A stretch of DNA of 64,000 bases from a virus. Position numbers and translations under genes: made by a program. Under the pieces are notes generated by a model, which did not search any database, was not told the origin of the DNA, and was given only the letters and a program-made list of their open reading frames with translations. Position 1 is the first letter of the stretch, and each line of letters begins with the position of its first letter. Location: positions 46,544 through 110,543 of the IMG/VR virus record IMGVR_UViG_3300033141_000124. One strand, written 5' to 3'. Below, in pieces: positions 9,491 to 19,090 of this stretch.

Positions 9491-9880
9491 ATGATGAAAC
9501 ATAGATGGTTTATACCCGGTAATGTACCTAGTAGTAAGAATGGTAGAAGATGGACTGGTAAGTATTTTATTGCTAGCAAAGCTGTAATGAATTATAGAAA
9601 GGCTAGTAAAGAGTACTATGCTAAGTATGCTGAAGACTTCAGAAAAGAAGTTGATAAGCTTACTTCACCAGTTAGAATAAGTTTTGAGTTTATCAGAGGG
9701 ACTAGACATAAGTTTGATTATATTAACCCTGCACAAACAGTACAGGATGATATGGTTAAGCACGGATGGATAGAAGATGATAATGCAGAGTTTATTATAC
9801 CAGACTTCAAACAGTATTCTTATGACAAAGAGAACCCCGGTGTATGGATAGAATTAATATTAGATGAAGAAGAAATCTAG
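9491..9880 (+). CDS. RusA-like Holliday junction resolvase
   Basis: VPSSKN, FDYIN, VQDDMV, IEDDN, DKENPG. Confidence 0.75.
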   Translation: MMKHRWFIPGNVPSSKNGRRWTGKYFIASKAVMNYRKASKEYYAKYAEDFRKEVDKLTSPVRISFEFIRGTRHKFDYINPAQTVQDDMVKHGWIEDDNAEFIIPDFKQYSYDKENPGVWIELILDEEEI

Positions 9881-10178
9881 AAAGATAATAACAATAGATG
9901 AGTTTTTTACTCTAAGGGATATGTTCAGTGGAAGCAAAGAAGATGCAGCTATAGCACTAGCTATATACCAAGAACAGTATCAAGATAAAGATATATTAGA
10001 CAGGTTAATGTGTAAAGCTTTGATGTTTAAAGAGAGAGTTGACTTTTCTATTGCAGTTCAGTATACATTTCAGATGGGAATGTCTGATATGGATACCAAG
10101 AACATATATGCCTATATAGATATAAATAAAATGGATGAAATATATAATGAAATACTTAATAAAATAACAGATGATTAA
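9864..10178 (+). CDS. Small helical protein, first gene of the vWA/MoxR module
   Basis: 104-aa ORF overlapping both neighbours; LRDMFSGSKEDAAIAL motif. Confidence 0.7.
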   Translation: MKKKSRKIITIDEFFTLRDMFSGSKEDAAIALAIYQEQYQDKDILDRLMCKALMFKERVDFSIAVQYTFQMGMSDMDTKNIYAYIDINKMDEIYNEILNKITDD

Positions 10179-11334
10179 TATTCAAGATAGTGTTGCAAAG
10201 GCAACCAAGACTTTAATATTTTCTGAGCCCTTGTACGGGCTCTTTTTGATTGGTATCAATAAGAAATATAGCATACTTATACCTACAGCAGGTGTAAGTA
10301 AGAATAATATTGGAGTACAATTAACTATAAACCCTGAGTTCTTTACAGACTTATCACCTGATCATAGGTTAGGTCTAATAAAGCATGAGCTATTACATAT
10401 AGCATTTGGGCATTTAGTTCTTAGATCCAGATATGCAGACAAGAAACTATTTAATATTGCTGCAGACTTAGAGATCAATCAATATATAAGAGCAGATAGA
10501 TTACCAGAGGGTGGTTTATTGCTCAGTAGTTTTCCTGAATTAGACTTAGAGAAGAAGAAAGGTACTAACTATTACTATGAGAAACTGTTAGAAGCACAAC
10601 AGGATGGAACGTCTCCAACATTAGATTCTTTGATGAGTCAGATGCAAGGAGAAACACCATATTGTCACACTACATGGGATGACTTTAATGATATGTCAGA
10701 GGCTGATAAGAAACTATTACAAAAACAAATAGAACATCAGCTAAAAGAGGCAGCACAACAGACCATAAAGAAGTGTGGTAATATACCGGGAGAGCTTAAG
10801 AATATTATAGATAGAATTTTGCATGTTGAACCACCAAAGTTTGATTGGAAAGGATATCTAAAAAGATTTGTAGGCAACTCTAGTATAGTATATACTAAAA
10901 AGCTGAGACGTAAGTATAATAAAAGATACTCAGCTAATCCAGGTCTTAAGATTAAATTCAAGAATCATATTCTTGTTGGTGTTGACACAAGTGGATCAGT
11001 AAATAATGATGAGCTAAAAGAATTCTTTAGTGAGCTTACGCATATGCATAAGACAGGTCATAAGATTACAGTGGCTCAGTGTGATACTAAACTACATACT
11101 GTCAAAGAGTTTAATCCAAAAAGAGATTGGGAAATACATGGTCGTGGTGGGACTAGCTTCCAACCAGTAATTGATCATTATAATGAGAAGAGGAGTAGAT
11201 ATACTGCTTTAATATATTTAACAGATGGTGAGGCTTATGCTCCAGAGAACTGTCCAAACAATACGTTATGGGTACACAGTTCAAACTGTAGTATAAATGA
11301 AGAGTTACCAGGAAAGAAAATTCAACTTAATTAA
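10171..11334 (+). CDS. Metallopeptidase + vWA domain protein (DUF2201-like)
   Basis: HELLH zincin motif, NIAADLEINQ; MIDAS elements VDTSGS, GGTSF, YLTDG. Confidence 0.9.
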   Translation: MINIQDSVAKATKTLIFSEPLYGLFLIGINKKYSILIPTAGVSKNNIGVQLTINPEFFTDLSPDHRLGLIKHELLHIAFGHLVLRSRYADKKLFNIAADLEINQYIRADRLPEGGLLLSSFPELDLEKKKGTNYYYEKLLEAQQDGTSPTLDSLMSQMQGETPYCHTTWDDFNDMSEADKKLLQKQIEHQLKEAAQQTIKKCGNIPGELKNIIDRILHVEPPKFDWKGYLKRFVGNSSIVYTKKLRRKYNKRYSANPGLKIKFKNHILVGVDTSGSVNNDELKEFFSELTHMHKTGHKITVAQCDTKLHTVKEFNPKRDWEIHGRGGTSFQPVIDHYNEKRSRYTALIYLTDGEAYAPENCPNNTLWVHSSNCSINEELPGKKIQLN

Positions 11335-11343
11335 TAAAAGAAA

Positions 11344-12615
11344 ATGGCACAAGTAAATTTAAATGTAACAGAACTTAAAGGATTTATTAATCACATTATT
11401 ACTAACAACAGATTTTTACAGAAGGACGGTAAGAACTCTGTATCTGTTGAGGTTGTAGGTGAATCAGGTATTGGTAAAACTTCAAGTATATTAGAACTAG
11501 CAAAAGAAAATAAACTAAACTTTGTAAAACTTAATCTAGCACAGATTGAGGAGCTAGGTGATCTTGTTGGTTTCCCAGTGCGTCAATTCCAGATGTACAA
11601 AGAGAAGACTATCACTAAACCAGCAAATAACTTAGCTATGGTCACAGCTACACAAAGAGCTGCTGGAGCAAGCCTTGCTAACTTAAATACCACAACTACA
11701 ACTAAGAAAGTAGGTATGTGGGTTGATGAGCTAGCAGTACAAGAGTATCTAAAGAATGGATACAAGATGACTGGTAAGAATAGAATGTCTTATTGTGCAC
11801 CAGAATGGATTGCAGATAAGAAAGAAGGTGGTATCCTACTACTAGATGACTGGAACCGTGCTGATGTAAGGTTTATTCAAGCAGTTATGGAATTAGTGGA
11901 CCGTCAGAGTTATATCTCATGGACATTACCAAAAGACTGGCACATAATTTTGACAGCAAACCCAGACAACGGAGATTATATGGTTAACAGTGTTGACTCA
12001 GCACAGAAGACTAGATATGTAACCGCTAACTTGAAGTTTGATGTTAATGTATGGGCAGCATGGGCAGAGGAAGCAGGGATTGATACTAGATGTATCAACT
12101 TCCTGTTGCTTCACCCAGAGTTAGTAACTCAAGAAACAAATGCAAGATCTATTACAACATTCTTCAATGCTATATCAAGCTTTGATAGTTTTGAAGATAA
12201 TCTATCTATGATCCAAATGATTGGTGAGGGTAGTGTTGGAGATGCATTTGCTTCTATGTTTACTACATTTATTAATAACAAATTGGACAAGCTTGTTACA
12301 CCTAAAGATTTATTGACACATGATAATGAACAATATATTCTTAATGAGCTTAGATCTTGTATTGGTAAAGATGATTCATACCGTGCAGATATTGCATCTA
12401 CATTAGCTACAAGACTTGGTAATTATTCTGTAGTATATTCTAAAGATAATACTATTAACCAGAAGATTACTGATAGACTTAAAGCTCTGTGTACACTAGA
12501 TTATTTTACTAATGATCTACAGTATCTTATTGTTAGAACCATCTTTAATGGTAATAAAAGTAAATTTAATAAACTAATGATGATCCCTGAGATTGTCAAA
12601 ATGACTATGAAATAA
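11344..12615 (+). CDS. MoxR-like AAA+ ATPase
   Basis: GESGIGKT, LLLDDWNRA, ILTANP, DSAQKTR; adjacent to the vWA gene. Confidence 0.88.
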   Translation: MAQVNLNVTELKGFINHIITNNRFLQKDGKNSVSVEVVGESGIGKTSSILELAKENKLNFVKLNLAQIEELGDLVGFPVRQFQMYKEKTITKPANNLAMVTATQRAAGASLANLNTTTTTKKVGMWVDELAVQEYLKNGYKMTGKNRMSYCAPEWIADKKEGGILLLDDWNRADVRFIQAVMELVDRQSYISWTLPKDWHIILTANPDNGDYMVNSVDSAQKTRYVTANLKFDVNVWAAWAEEAGIDTRCINFLLLHPELVTQETNARSITTFFNAISSFDSFEDNLSMIQMIGEGSVGDAFASMFTTFINNKLDKLVTPKDLLTHDNEQYILNELRSCIGKDDSYRADIASTLATRLGNYSVVYSKDNTINQKITDRLKALCTLDYFTNDLQYLIVRTIFNGNKSKFNKLMMIPEIVKMTMK

Positions 12616-12616
12616 A

Positions 12617-13666
12617 ATGGCAAAGAAGACAGTATATCAACAATTTAATACTGATGCTTTAAAACATTTTGGGCTTGATGGTGACTCTAAATACGGAGTC
12701 ATCGTCAACCATAGTGTGGAAGAAGTACTAGTTACACAAGATGTAACTACATATGAAAAAATACATTCTATATTGTATAAGGATACGGTTACTGATCAGA
12801 CATTACAAATGTACAAGAAAGCTTTTGTACTGCCTAACAGTGAGGTATCACTTGACAGAATTAAAGCTGCATTAAGAGAGCATAAGATTACAGTTACTAA
12901 TGATTATGAGCTAGCAGATCTTATAGTTACACATGGTAGATTCTCTGGAAGACAATTACAAAATGGTGAGAATATTCCAACTACATCTATGATGTCTAAG
13001 CTATGGAACTATGAAACTACTATAGAAGGTTCTATAAGTCAGAGTTCATCACCTATAAATAGTTTAATCCAGAACTATGATGGTCCAGTTATTATAGATG
13101 AAAAGATCACTAAAAGGATTAGATATTATGATTTAGAGACTGATGAAGCTTTGTATGATAATTGGATGATTACAGGTCTTGCAGTTAACATAGCTCATCT
13201 TATAGATACAGGTTCATTAGATGTTGTAGACGTTGGAACAGTATTGCATAGTTCAGCAAATAGATGTATATTAGATGAAGAATTATTAAGTGATATAATT
13301 GCTCAAGTTAATTCTCATAATAATGATGATGTAGCTTTGGCAGGTAAGATTATTCCTACCATAGATTATACTAAAAATCTGCATCTGTTCTGGGTTTTGA
13401 CTCAAGAATGTTATAGAATAACCCATGCTTATAATAGAGATAAAGATATTCAGTACTGGTTGAGTCAGTCAAACTTTAGTAAGATATCTGATTTTAATGC
13501 AGAGGCTATGATATTATATCTAGAGGAGGAAGGACTATTGGATTCTAAAGCATTTAGATATTTAGAACCAAGAGTAAGAAGTGAGATAACAATACACAAT
13601 AGAGACTTGTATGTATTTAAAGTCTCTGTAAAGAAAGAATACCAAAAATATTTAAAAAATGTATAA
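12617..13666 (+). CDS. Hypothetical protein, putative BRCT-like + helical domain
   Basis: KKAFVLPNSEVSLDRIK...KITVTNDYELADLIV; SHNNDDVALA. Confidence 0.6.
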   Translation: MAKKTVYQQFNTDALKHFGLDGDSKYGVIVNHSVEEVLVTQDVTTYEKIHSILYKDTVTDQTLQMYKKAFVLPNSEVSLDRIKAALREHKITVTNDYELADLIVTHGRFSGRQLQNGENIPTTSMMSKLWNYETTIEGSISQSSSPINSLIQNYDGPVIIDEKITKRIRYYDLETDEALYDNWMITGLAVNIAHLIDTGSLDVVDVGTVLHSSANRCILDEELLSDIIAQVNSHNNDDVALAGKIIPTIDYTKNLHLFWVLTQECYRITHAYNRDKDIQYWLSQSNFSKISDFNAEAMILYLEEEGLLDSKAFRYLEPRVRSEITIHNRDLYVFKVSVKKEYQKYLKNV

Positions 13667-14807
13667 TTATTATAAAATAAGTTTAAGCGTAAATAGCAAA
13701 GAATCATATACTTCAAATCAACTTAATGCACAGTCATTTAATTTAGATAAAGAAGGTATATTTTTATATAACACTAGCAACTGGCATCTTACAACAGAGG
13801 ATGCTAAGATGTTAGGTCTTTCAATATCCGGTGAAAAGCTAGATATACAAGGCAAAACTATATATAGATACCCAAAGTTGTCATTACCTAGACAGAAGGT
13901 GGACTTATTAAAAGGTTCATATGATGTTAAGGTATCAAGAAATCCTGTTACTGCTGATATTCATGTAGTATCAACAAAGTTTATTGAGAGTCTTGTTAAG
14001 TACAACTGGAATCCTGCATTCTCAAAGAGAAGAGTCTATGAGATGTTTATTAAAATGAGAGAGAAGGATTTGTTACATGAAGATCTTATGCCAAGCATAC
14101 GTAAGATGTTAGAAGATACTCACAATAGTGATATGTTTGCAATTGATATACCATATGCATATAATAACACATTTCATGGTCAGAAGGCTAATCATGTCCA
14201 GGATGTAAATGATATTATATCAGAAACTAAAAAGACTGCATTACATCAGAGATGTGGTATCATAGCAGATCCAGCTAAGATTAAACTATTTAATCAGCTT
14301 ACTAAGACTACAGCTAATATAGTATTAGATACAGAGATTAGTAAAAAGATTGATGAAAGTTTAGTAACTCTTGGAGAAGAAGACTATGTTAACCTTACTA
14401 CACAGATAAGAAGTGATAATATAGATGATAGAAGTGTTGCATTAGAGATGATGGCTAACTGTAATCTTGAAGAGTCATTTGATATTGTAACTATGATATA
14501 TTATTTTAACTTTGAGTATTGTAAGTCAACTTCAAATTGGAATACAGTAAATGTAAAAGCAATGAAGAATAGACTTACTGAGATAGCAGGAGGATGTCAG
14601 AGAGCACAAGGATTTACTTATAATAGGCTTGTAAATTTTCTTATTAAACAAGGTAAGTTAACTCCATTTGTTATTAAAACTTGTAAGGATATGATACATA
14701 AACATGTATTGAAAGCCAATGCGTTAAATGACATATGGAAGATAGATATGGAAAGTATATATCTTAATGAGGATTTACAAAAACATATAATAGAAAAAGA
14801 TGCATAA
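13659..14807 (+). CDS. Hypothetical protein, putative BRCT-like + helical domain; likely paralog of the preceding gene
   Basis: GKTIYRYPKLSLPRQKV...DVKVSRNPVTADIHVV; SDNIDDRSVALEMMAN. Confidence 0.6.
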   Translation: MYNYYKISLSVNSKESYTSNQLNAQSFNLDKEGIFLYNTSNWHLTTEDAKMLGLSISGEKLDIQGKTIYRYPKLSLPRQKVDLLKGSYDVKVSRNPVTADIHVVSTKFIESLVKYNWNPAFSKRRVYEMFIKMREKDLLHEDLMPSIRKMLEDTHNSDMFAIDIPYAYNNTFHGQKANHVQDVNDIISETKKTALHQRCGIIADPAKIKLFNQLTKTTANIVLDTEISKKIDESLVTLGEEDYVNLTTQIRSDNIDDRSVALEMMANCNLEESFDIVTMIYYFNFEYCKSTSNWNTVNVKAMKNRLTEIAGGCQRAQGFTYNRLVNFLIKQGKLTPFVIKTCKDMIHKHVLKANALNDIWKIDMESIYLNEDLQKHIIEKDA

Positions 14808-15792
14808 AGATGAAAAGAAAGAGGAAGAGTTCTATGCAAATAAAGATTTTTGCTTTAGCTATTCCTCTTTAAATAAACTTATATTTTCTCCTTATTTATT
14901 TTATAAGGACTATATACTACAGGATCGTGAGATTAAAACAGATAAACATTTGATAGAAGGGAAGCTATTGCATTGTTTGATGTTTGAACCAGAAAGCTTT
15001 GATAAGAAGTTTGAGCTGGTTCCTGATAAACTTCCTAGTGATAACATACGTAAAGTCTTAAAAGATATGACATTCCATACAGATGCAAAGACCCTTGCTG
15101 ATTGTGAAGAGTTTGTTATATTAGACTCACTCAAGTCTATGAATCTATATCAATCTTTAAAAGCTGATGAAGCTAGATTAAATAAGATTAGAACTGAAGA
15201 AGCAGAAATGTATTGGAAGTTTATAAATAATAGAGATAAAGATGTAATAGACAGAGATACATTTGATAGAGTTGGTGTTAGTATAAATTACCTGAAGAAT
15301 AATGAAGAGGTACTAGATATACTAGTAAATGATGCACCAACAGATTTTGATTTAGATCCAGTTACATATTACAAAGAACAATATCTTAAATCAGAATTAG
15401 TTGACTGTGATTTTGGTTTACATGGTTATGTAGATTTCTATAAAGTAGATACTGATAAGAAAGAAGTTACTATAGTTGACTTGAAGACAACAGGTAAAAC
15501 TGTTTCAGACTTCAAAGAGACAATTGACTTCTATAATTATTGGTTACAAGCAGCTATATATATGAAGTTAGTATATGATTCTCTTGGAGATGATAGAGAT
15601 GAATACAAGATACAATTTAAGTTCATAGTAATAGATAAATACTATCAAGTATATGTGTTTGATGTCACTGATCAGACAATAAATGACTGGGCAGATGGCT
15701 TTGCGGGTGTATTAAATGTAGCAAAATTCCACTATAATAGCAGAAATTACTCTCTTCCAATGGATATGTTAGTAAATAAGGTTAAATTATAG
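14800..15792 (+). CDS. PD-(D/E)XK exonuclease (RecE/ExoVIII-like)
   Basis: FSYSSL, GKLLHC, HGYVDF...IVDLKTT, YWLQAAIY. Confidence 0.85.
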   Translation: MHKDEKKEEEFYANKDFCFSYSSLNKLIFSPYLFYKDYILQDREIKTDKHLIEGKLLHCLMFEPESFDKKFELVPDKLPSDNIRKVLKDMTFHTDAKTLADCEEFVILDSLKSMNLYQSLKADEARLNKIRTEEAEMYWKFINNRDKDVIDRDTFDRVGVSINYLKNNEEVLDILVNDAPTDFDLDPVTYYKEQYLKSELVDCDFGLHGYVDFYKVDTDKKEVTIVDLKTTGKTVSDFKETIDFYNYWLQAAIYMKLVYDSLGDDRDEYKIQFKFIVIDKYYQVYVFDVTDQTINDWADGFAGVLNVAKFHYNSRNYSLPMDMLVNKVKL

Positions 15793-15793
15793 T

Positions 15794-16366
15794 ATGGGAG
15801 TATATACAGAATATTTTCAGAAGAGTAAGGTCTTCTTGTATCCTTTATTAAAGTTTAGGAAGGGACTGAAATATGTTCCTTCTCAAACTTATATTGGGTG
15901 GAGTGACGTTTATGAGACTGAAGATATGATGTTTCTATGTTTATATAATACAAAGTTAACAGACTCTTTTAATGTATTTGCAAAGAGGCATCTAATACCC
16001 CATCCTATGTACAGAGCTTTTACTTCTTTATCAGAGAAAGAACAGCTGTTTATGTTTGACTTTAGTAGATTCAAAAATGATTGGAAAAGATTTATAGATG
16101 GTAAATACTCTCAGTTTAGTTTATCAACCAAAGTAACTATATTAGATTACTTTGATGATAAGAAAACTGTAAATTATATACAAGGGTTTTTATCTCCAGA
16201 AGATGTACATGAAGAATATGCTAATAAACTTAATGTTAAACTAGATATACTACAAAAAGTACATGAGGTATGTACTGCACCAGACTTGGAAAAAGAAATT
16301 TTAGTTGATAATAATTATGTTTTGTATCAATTATTAAAAGAAAGTTCCATATCTTTGACAAAATAA
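15794..16366 (+). CDS. Hypothetical protein
   Basis: 190-aa ORF; KSKVFLYPLL and FIDGKYSQFS blocks. Confidence 0.75.
   Translation: MGVYTEYFQKSKVFLYPLLKFRKGLKYVPSQTYIGWSDVYETEDMMFLCLYNTKLTDSFNVFAKRHLIPHPMYRAFTSLSEKEQLFMFDFSRFKNDWKRFIDGKYSQFSLSTKVTILDYFDDKKTVNYIQGFLSPEDVHEEYANKLNVKLDILQKVHEVCTAPDLEKEILVDNNYVLYQLLKESSISLTK
16321..16357 (+). promoter_or_regulatory. Candidate Bacteroidota sigma-A promoter
   Basis: TATCTTTG (-7 element) at 16350, 20 nt upstream of ATG 16377; upstream TTTG has a long spacer. Confidence 0.45.
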
Positions 16367-16376
16367 ATAAACCAAT

Positions 16377-16793
16377 ATGGCACAAATAGGTCAGAATATG
16401 ATGTTAGTTCATTCCACATTTAGGAATGCTAAATCATTTACATTAATTCCAGTGAGTCAAGACTCACCATATGTAGAAGCTATGTTTGATCCTGCATCAG
16501 GCATCTTAGCTGTTATCAGTAAAGTAATGAAACAATCTTATCACATGGTTCCTAAATTAGATGATGAAGGTCAACCAATGAGATTAAAGAAACCAAACAT
16601 GCAAACTGGTAAGACTGTAAAAGAAGAGAGAAGATTAGTAGATACATTCTCTGAATTTTATCTTAATGATAAAACTGATATAGAAACTTTTATTCATATG
16701 TTTGCTGTGAATGCAGATACATTTGATTATAAAGAGTACTTTGTTGATGTAAAGGAGACTAAAACATCACCAATTATTTTACCTGGTCAATAG
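16377..16793 (+). CDS. Hypothetical protein
   Basis: 138-aa ORF with A-rich leader. Confidence 0.75.
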   Translation: MAQIGQNMMLVHSTFRNAKSFTLIPVSQDSPYVEAMFDPASGILAVISKVMKQSYHMVPKLDDEGQPMRLKKPNMQTGKTVKEERRLVDTFSEFYLNDKTDIETFIHMFAVNADTFDYKEYFVDVKETKTSPIILPGQ

Positions 16794-16816
16794 CCTCCTA
16801 TAACTCTATTGACTAT

Positions 16817-16849
16817 AAAAAAAGAAGCCTATTGACGTAGGCTTTTTTT
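16817..16849 (+). terminator. Intrinsic (possibly bidirectional) terminator
   Basis: A-tract-GAAGCCTA-ttgacg-TAGGC-T7. Confidence 0.75.
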
Positions 16850-16866
16850 GGCTATAAAAACTAAAA

Positions 16867-18864
16867 ATGCATATGAAACACTGGGTAATGGATTATGAAA
16901 CCTTATCTAATTGTTTTACAGCCGTGTTTGAACATTACAAGACTCAGGAAACTGAAGTCTTTGTCATACATGATCTGCAAAATGATACAGATATCTTCAT
17001 AGATTTCTTAAAACAAAATATACAAAACAAAGAGTGGCATATATCCTACAATGGATTGGCCTTTGATGCACAAGTCACTCATTATATATTAGATAATTAT
17101 GAAAGTTGGACAGGGCTTAGTGGTTGTGATATAGCTTCTGCTATATTTAAGTATGCACAGGTCTGCATTCAGAAAGCAAACAATAAAGAGTTTAGTGATT
17201 ATGCACAATGGAAGATGAAGATAGGTCAGATAGATCTGTTTAAGATGCACCATTGGGATAACCCTGCTAAACGGTCCAGTCTGAAGTGGATTCAGTATAG
17301 TATGGATTGGCAGAATATATTAGACATGCCTATCCATCATGATACAAAGATAGAAACTAAAGAACAGATAGATACCATCTTAGAATATTGTATTAATGAC
17401 GTGAGGTCAACAAAAGAAATATTCAACAGATCAAAATCACAGATAAAATTAAGAAAAGAACTTACTAAAACATATGGTATCAATCTCTTTAGTGCTTCAG
17501 AACCAAGGATAAGTAAAGAGGTATTTGGATATTTCTTACGTCAGATGCTGAATATACCCAAGCGGGACCTAAGAGGTATGAGAACTTATAGAGATATAGT
17601 AAAGGTAAAAGATATTATATTACCGTACATCTCTTTCACATCTCCAGAGTTTAACATGCTACTTGATAGGTTTAAATCTCTAGAAGTAACAGGGAATAAA
17701 CTTAAAGGCAGTTTTAAATATAGTGTAAACTATAAAAATGTTAAGACTCACTTTGGTTTAGGTGGTGTCCACGGTGCACGGGACAAGGGAGTTTATGAGT
17801 CTACTGATGATATGGTTATTATGTCATCAGATGTGACTAGTTTCTATCCTAATCTTGCTATTAAGAATAAGTTTGCTCCAGGTCATTTTCCAAAAGAAGA
17901 GTTTTGCAATCAGTATGAATGGTTCTTTAATGAAAGAAAGAAGATACCTAAGAGCAACCCTATGAACTATGTATATAAAATTATACTTAATAGTACATTT
18001 GGTTTAAGCAATGATGATAAGAGTTTCTTTTATGACCCTGAACTTTGTTTACGTATTACTATTAATGGTCAATTGACTCTAATGATGCTGTATGAGCAGA
18101 TCATGGAGAGAATACCCGGTGCTGTAGCATTGCTACATAATACAGATGGTATAGAAACCATAATACCAAGGGATCACGTTGATAATTATATGCAAATATG
18201 TAGAGAATGGGAAGAGCAAACAAATTTACAACTAGAACATGATGAATATCAAAAGCTAGTACTTGCTGATGTCAATAATTATATTGGCGTGAATAACTTT
18301 GTAGAAGTTGACATCACAAAGTGGAGAGAAGTTAAACAAAGTCAGCCTCACTATCTATTTAAAGTAGACAATGACAAGTTTAGCTTTGCTCCTGTAAAAT
18401 TAAAGGGACGTTTTGACTTTCATAATTTGCAATTGCATAAAAATAAATCTAAATTAGTGATACCCAAGGCTATATATCAATACTTTGTACACAATGTATT
18501 ACCTGAGGACTATCTAAAAGATAATAAGAATATTTTAGATTACTGTATAGGTGGTAAATCTAAGGGTGATTGGAAGCAGGTTGCTAAGTTTGTAAAGAAC
18601 GGAGAGTATCTTGAGGAAGATCTGCAAAAGATTAATAGATACTATATCTCTAATAATGGAGTTAAGATTGTTAAAGTGAATAAGAAAGATGACCGGGAGA
18701 TACAATTAGAATCTGGCAAGTGGCTGCAGACTGTATTCAATAATATGAAAGTAGAACCTAAATGGGAAAACTATAATATAAATCAAGGATATTATCTAAG
18801 TGCTATTGAGACAGAGATTAATAATATACTTACAGTATCGTCTAACCAACTAGAATTATTTTAA
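16867..18864 (+). CDS. Family B DNA polymerase with 3'-5' exonuclease
   Basis: DYET (ExoI), YNGLAFD (ExoII), YCINDV (ExoIII), SDVTSFYPN (A), KIILNSTFG (B), NTDG (C). Confidence 0.93.
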   Translation: MHMKHWVMDYETLSNCFTAVFEHYKTQETEVFVIHDLQNDTDIFIDFLKQNIQNKEWHISYNGLAFDAQVTHYILDNYESWTGLSGCDIASAIFKYAQVCIQKANNKEFSDYAQWKMKIGQIDLFKMHHWDNPAKRSSLKWIQYSMDWQNILDMPIHHDTKIETKEQIDTILEYCINDVRSTKEIFNRSKSQIKLRKELTKTYGINLFSASEPRISKEVFGYFLRQMLNIPKRDLRGMRTYRDIVKVKDIILPYISFTSPEFNMLLDRFKSLEVTGNKLKGSFKYSVNYKNVKTHFGLGGVHGARDKGVYESTDDMVIMSSDVTSFYPNLAIKNKFAPGHFPKEEFCNQYEWFFNERKKIPKSNPMNYVYKIILNSTFGLSNDDKSFFYDPELCLRITINGQLTLMMLYEQIMERIPGAVALLHNTDGIETIIPRDHVDNYMQICREWEEQTNLQLEHDEYQKLVLADVNNYIGVNNFVEVDITKWREVKQSQPHYLFKVDNDKFSFAPVKLKGRFDFHNLQLHKNKSKLVIPKAIYQYFVHNVLPEDYLKDNKNILDYCIGGKSKGDWKQVAKFVKNGEYLEEDLQKINRYYISNNGVKIVKVNKKDDREIQLESGKWLQTVFNNMKVEPKWENYNINQGYYLSAIETEINNILTVSSNQLELF

Positions 18865-18865
18865 A

Positions 18866-19090
18866 ATGCAATTAGGAGATTTAGAAAAAGGAAAAAAGTT
18901 CAGAATCAAAAAAAAAGAACATTATATAGGAAAACCACCAGAGAATCTATTCAGTTCAGATGGATCTGTTATAAAAGGAGAAGTCTTAACATATGAGGAG
19001 AAGGATGGTATGTACTGTATTTGTTCAGATCATGAGGGTAATAAGTTTAATTACCCATCATGGTCTAATATTATACCAATAGATGATTAA
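18866..19090 (+). CDS. Hypothetical protein
   Basis: 74-aa ORF packed between PolB and the radical SAM gene. Confidence 0.65.
   Translation: MQLGDLEKGKKFRIKKKEHYIGKPPENLFSSDGSVIKGEVLTYEEKDGMYCICSDHEGNKFNYPSWSNIIPIDD

Noticed and set aside
795-14910. Short - strand ORFs in the track (e.g. 795-977, 4144-4509, 5504-5731, 6751-7131, 7420-7677)
   Set aside because: Antisense shadows of well-supported + strand genes, with no motifs
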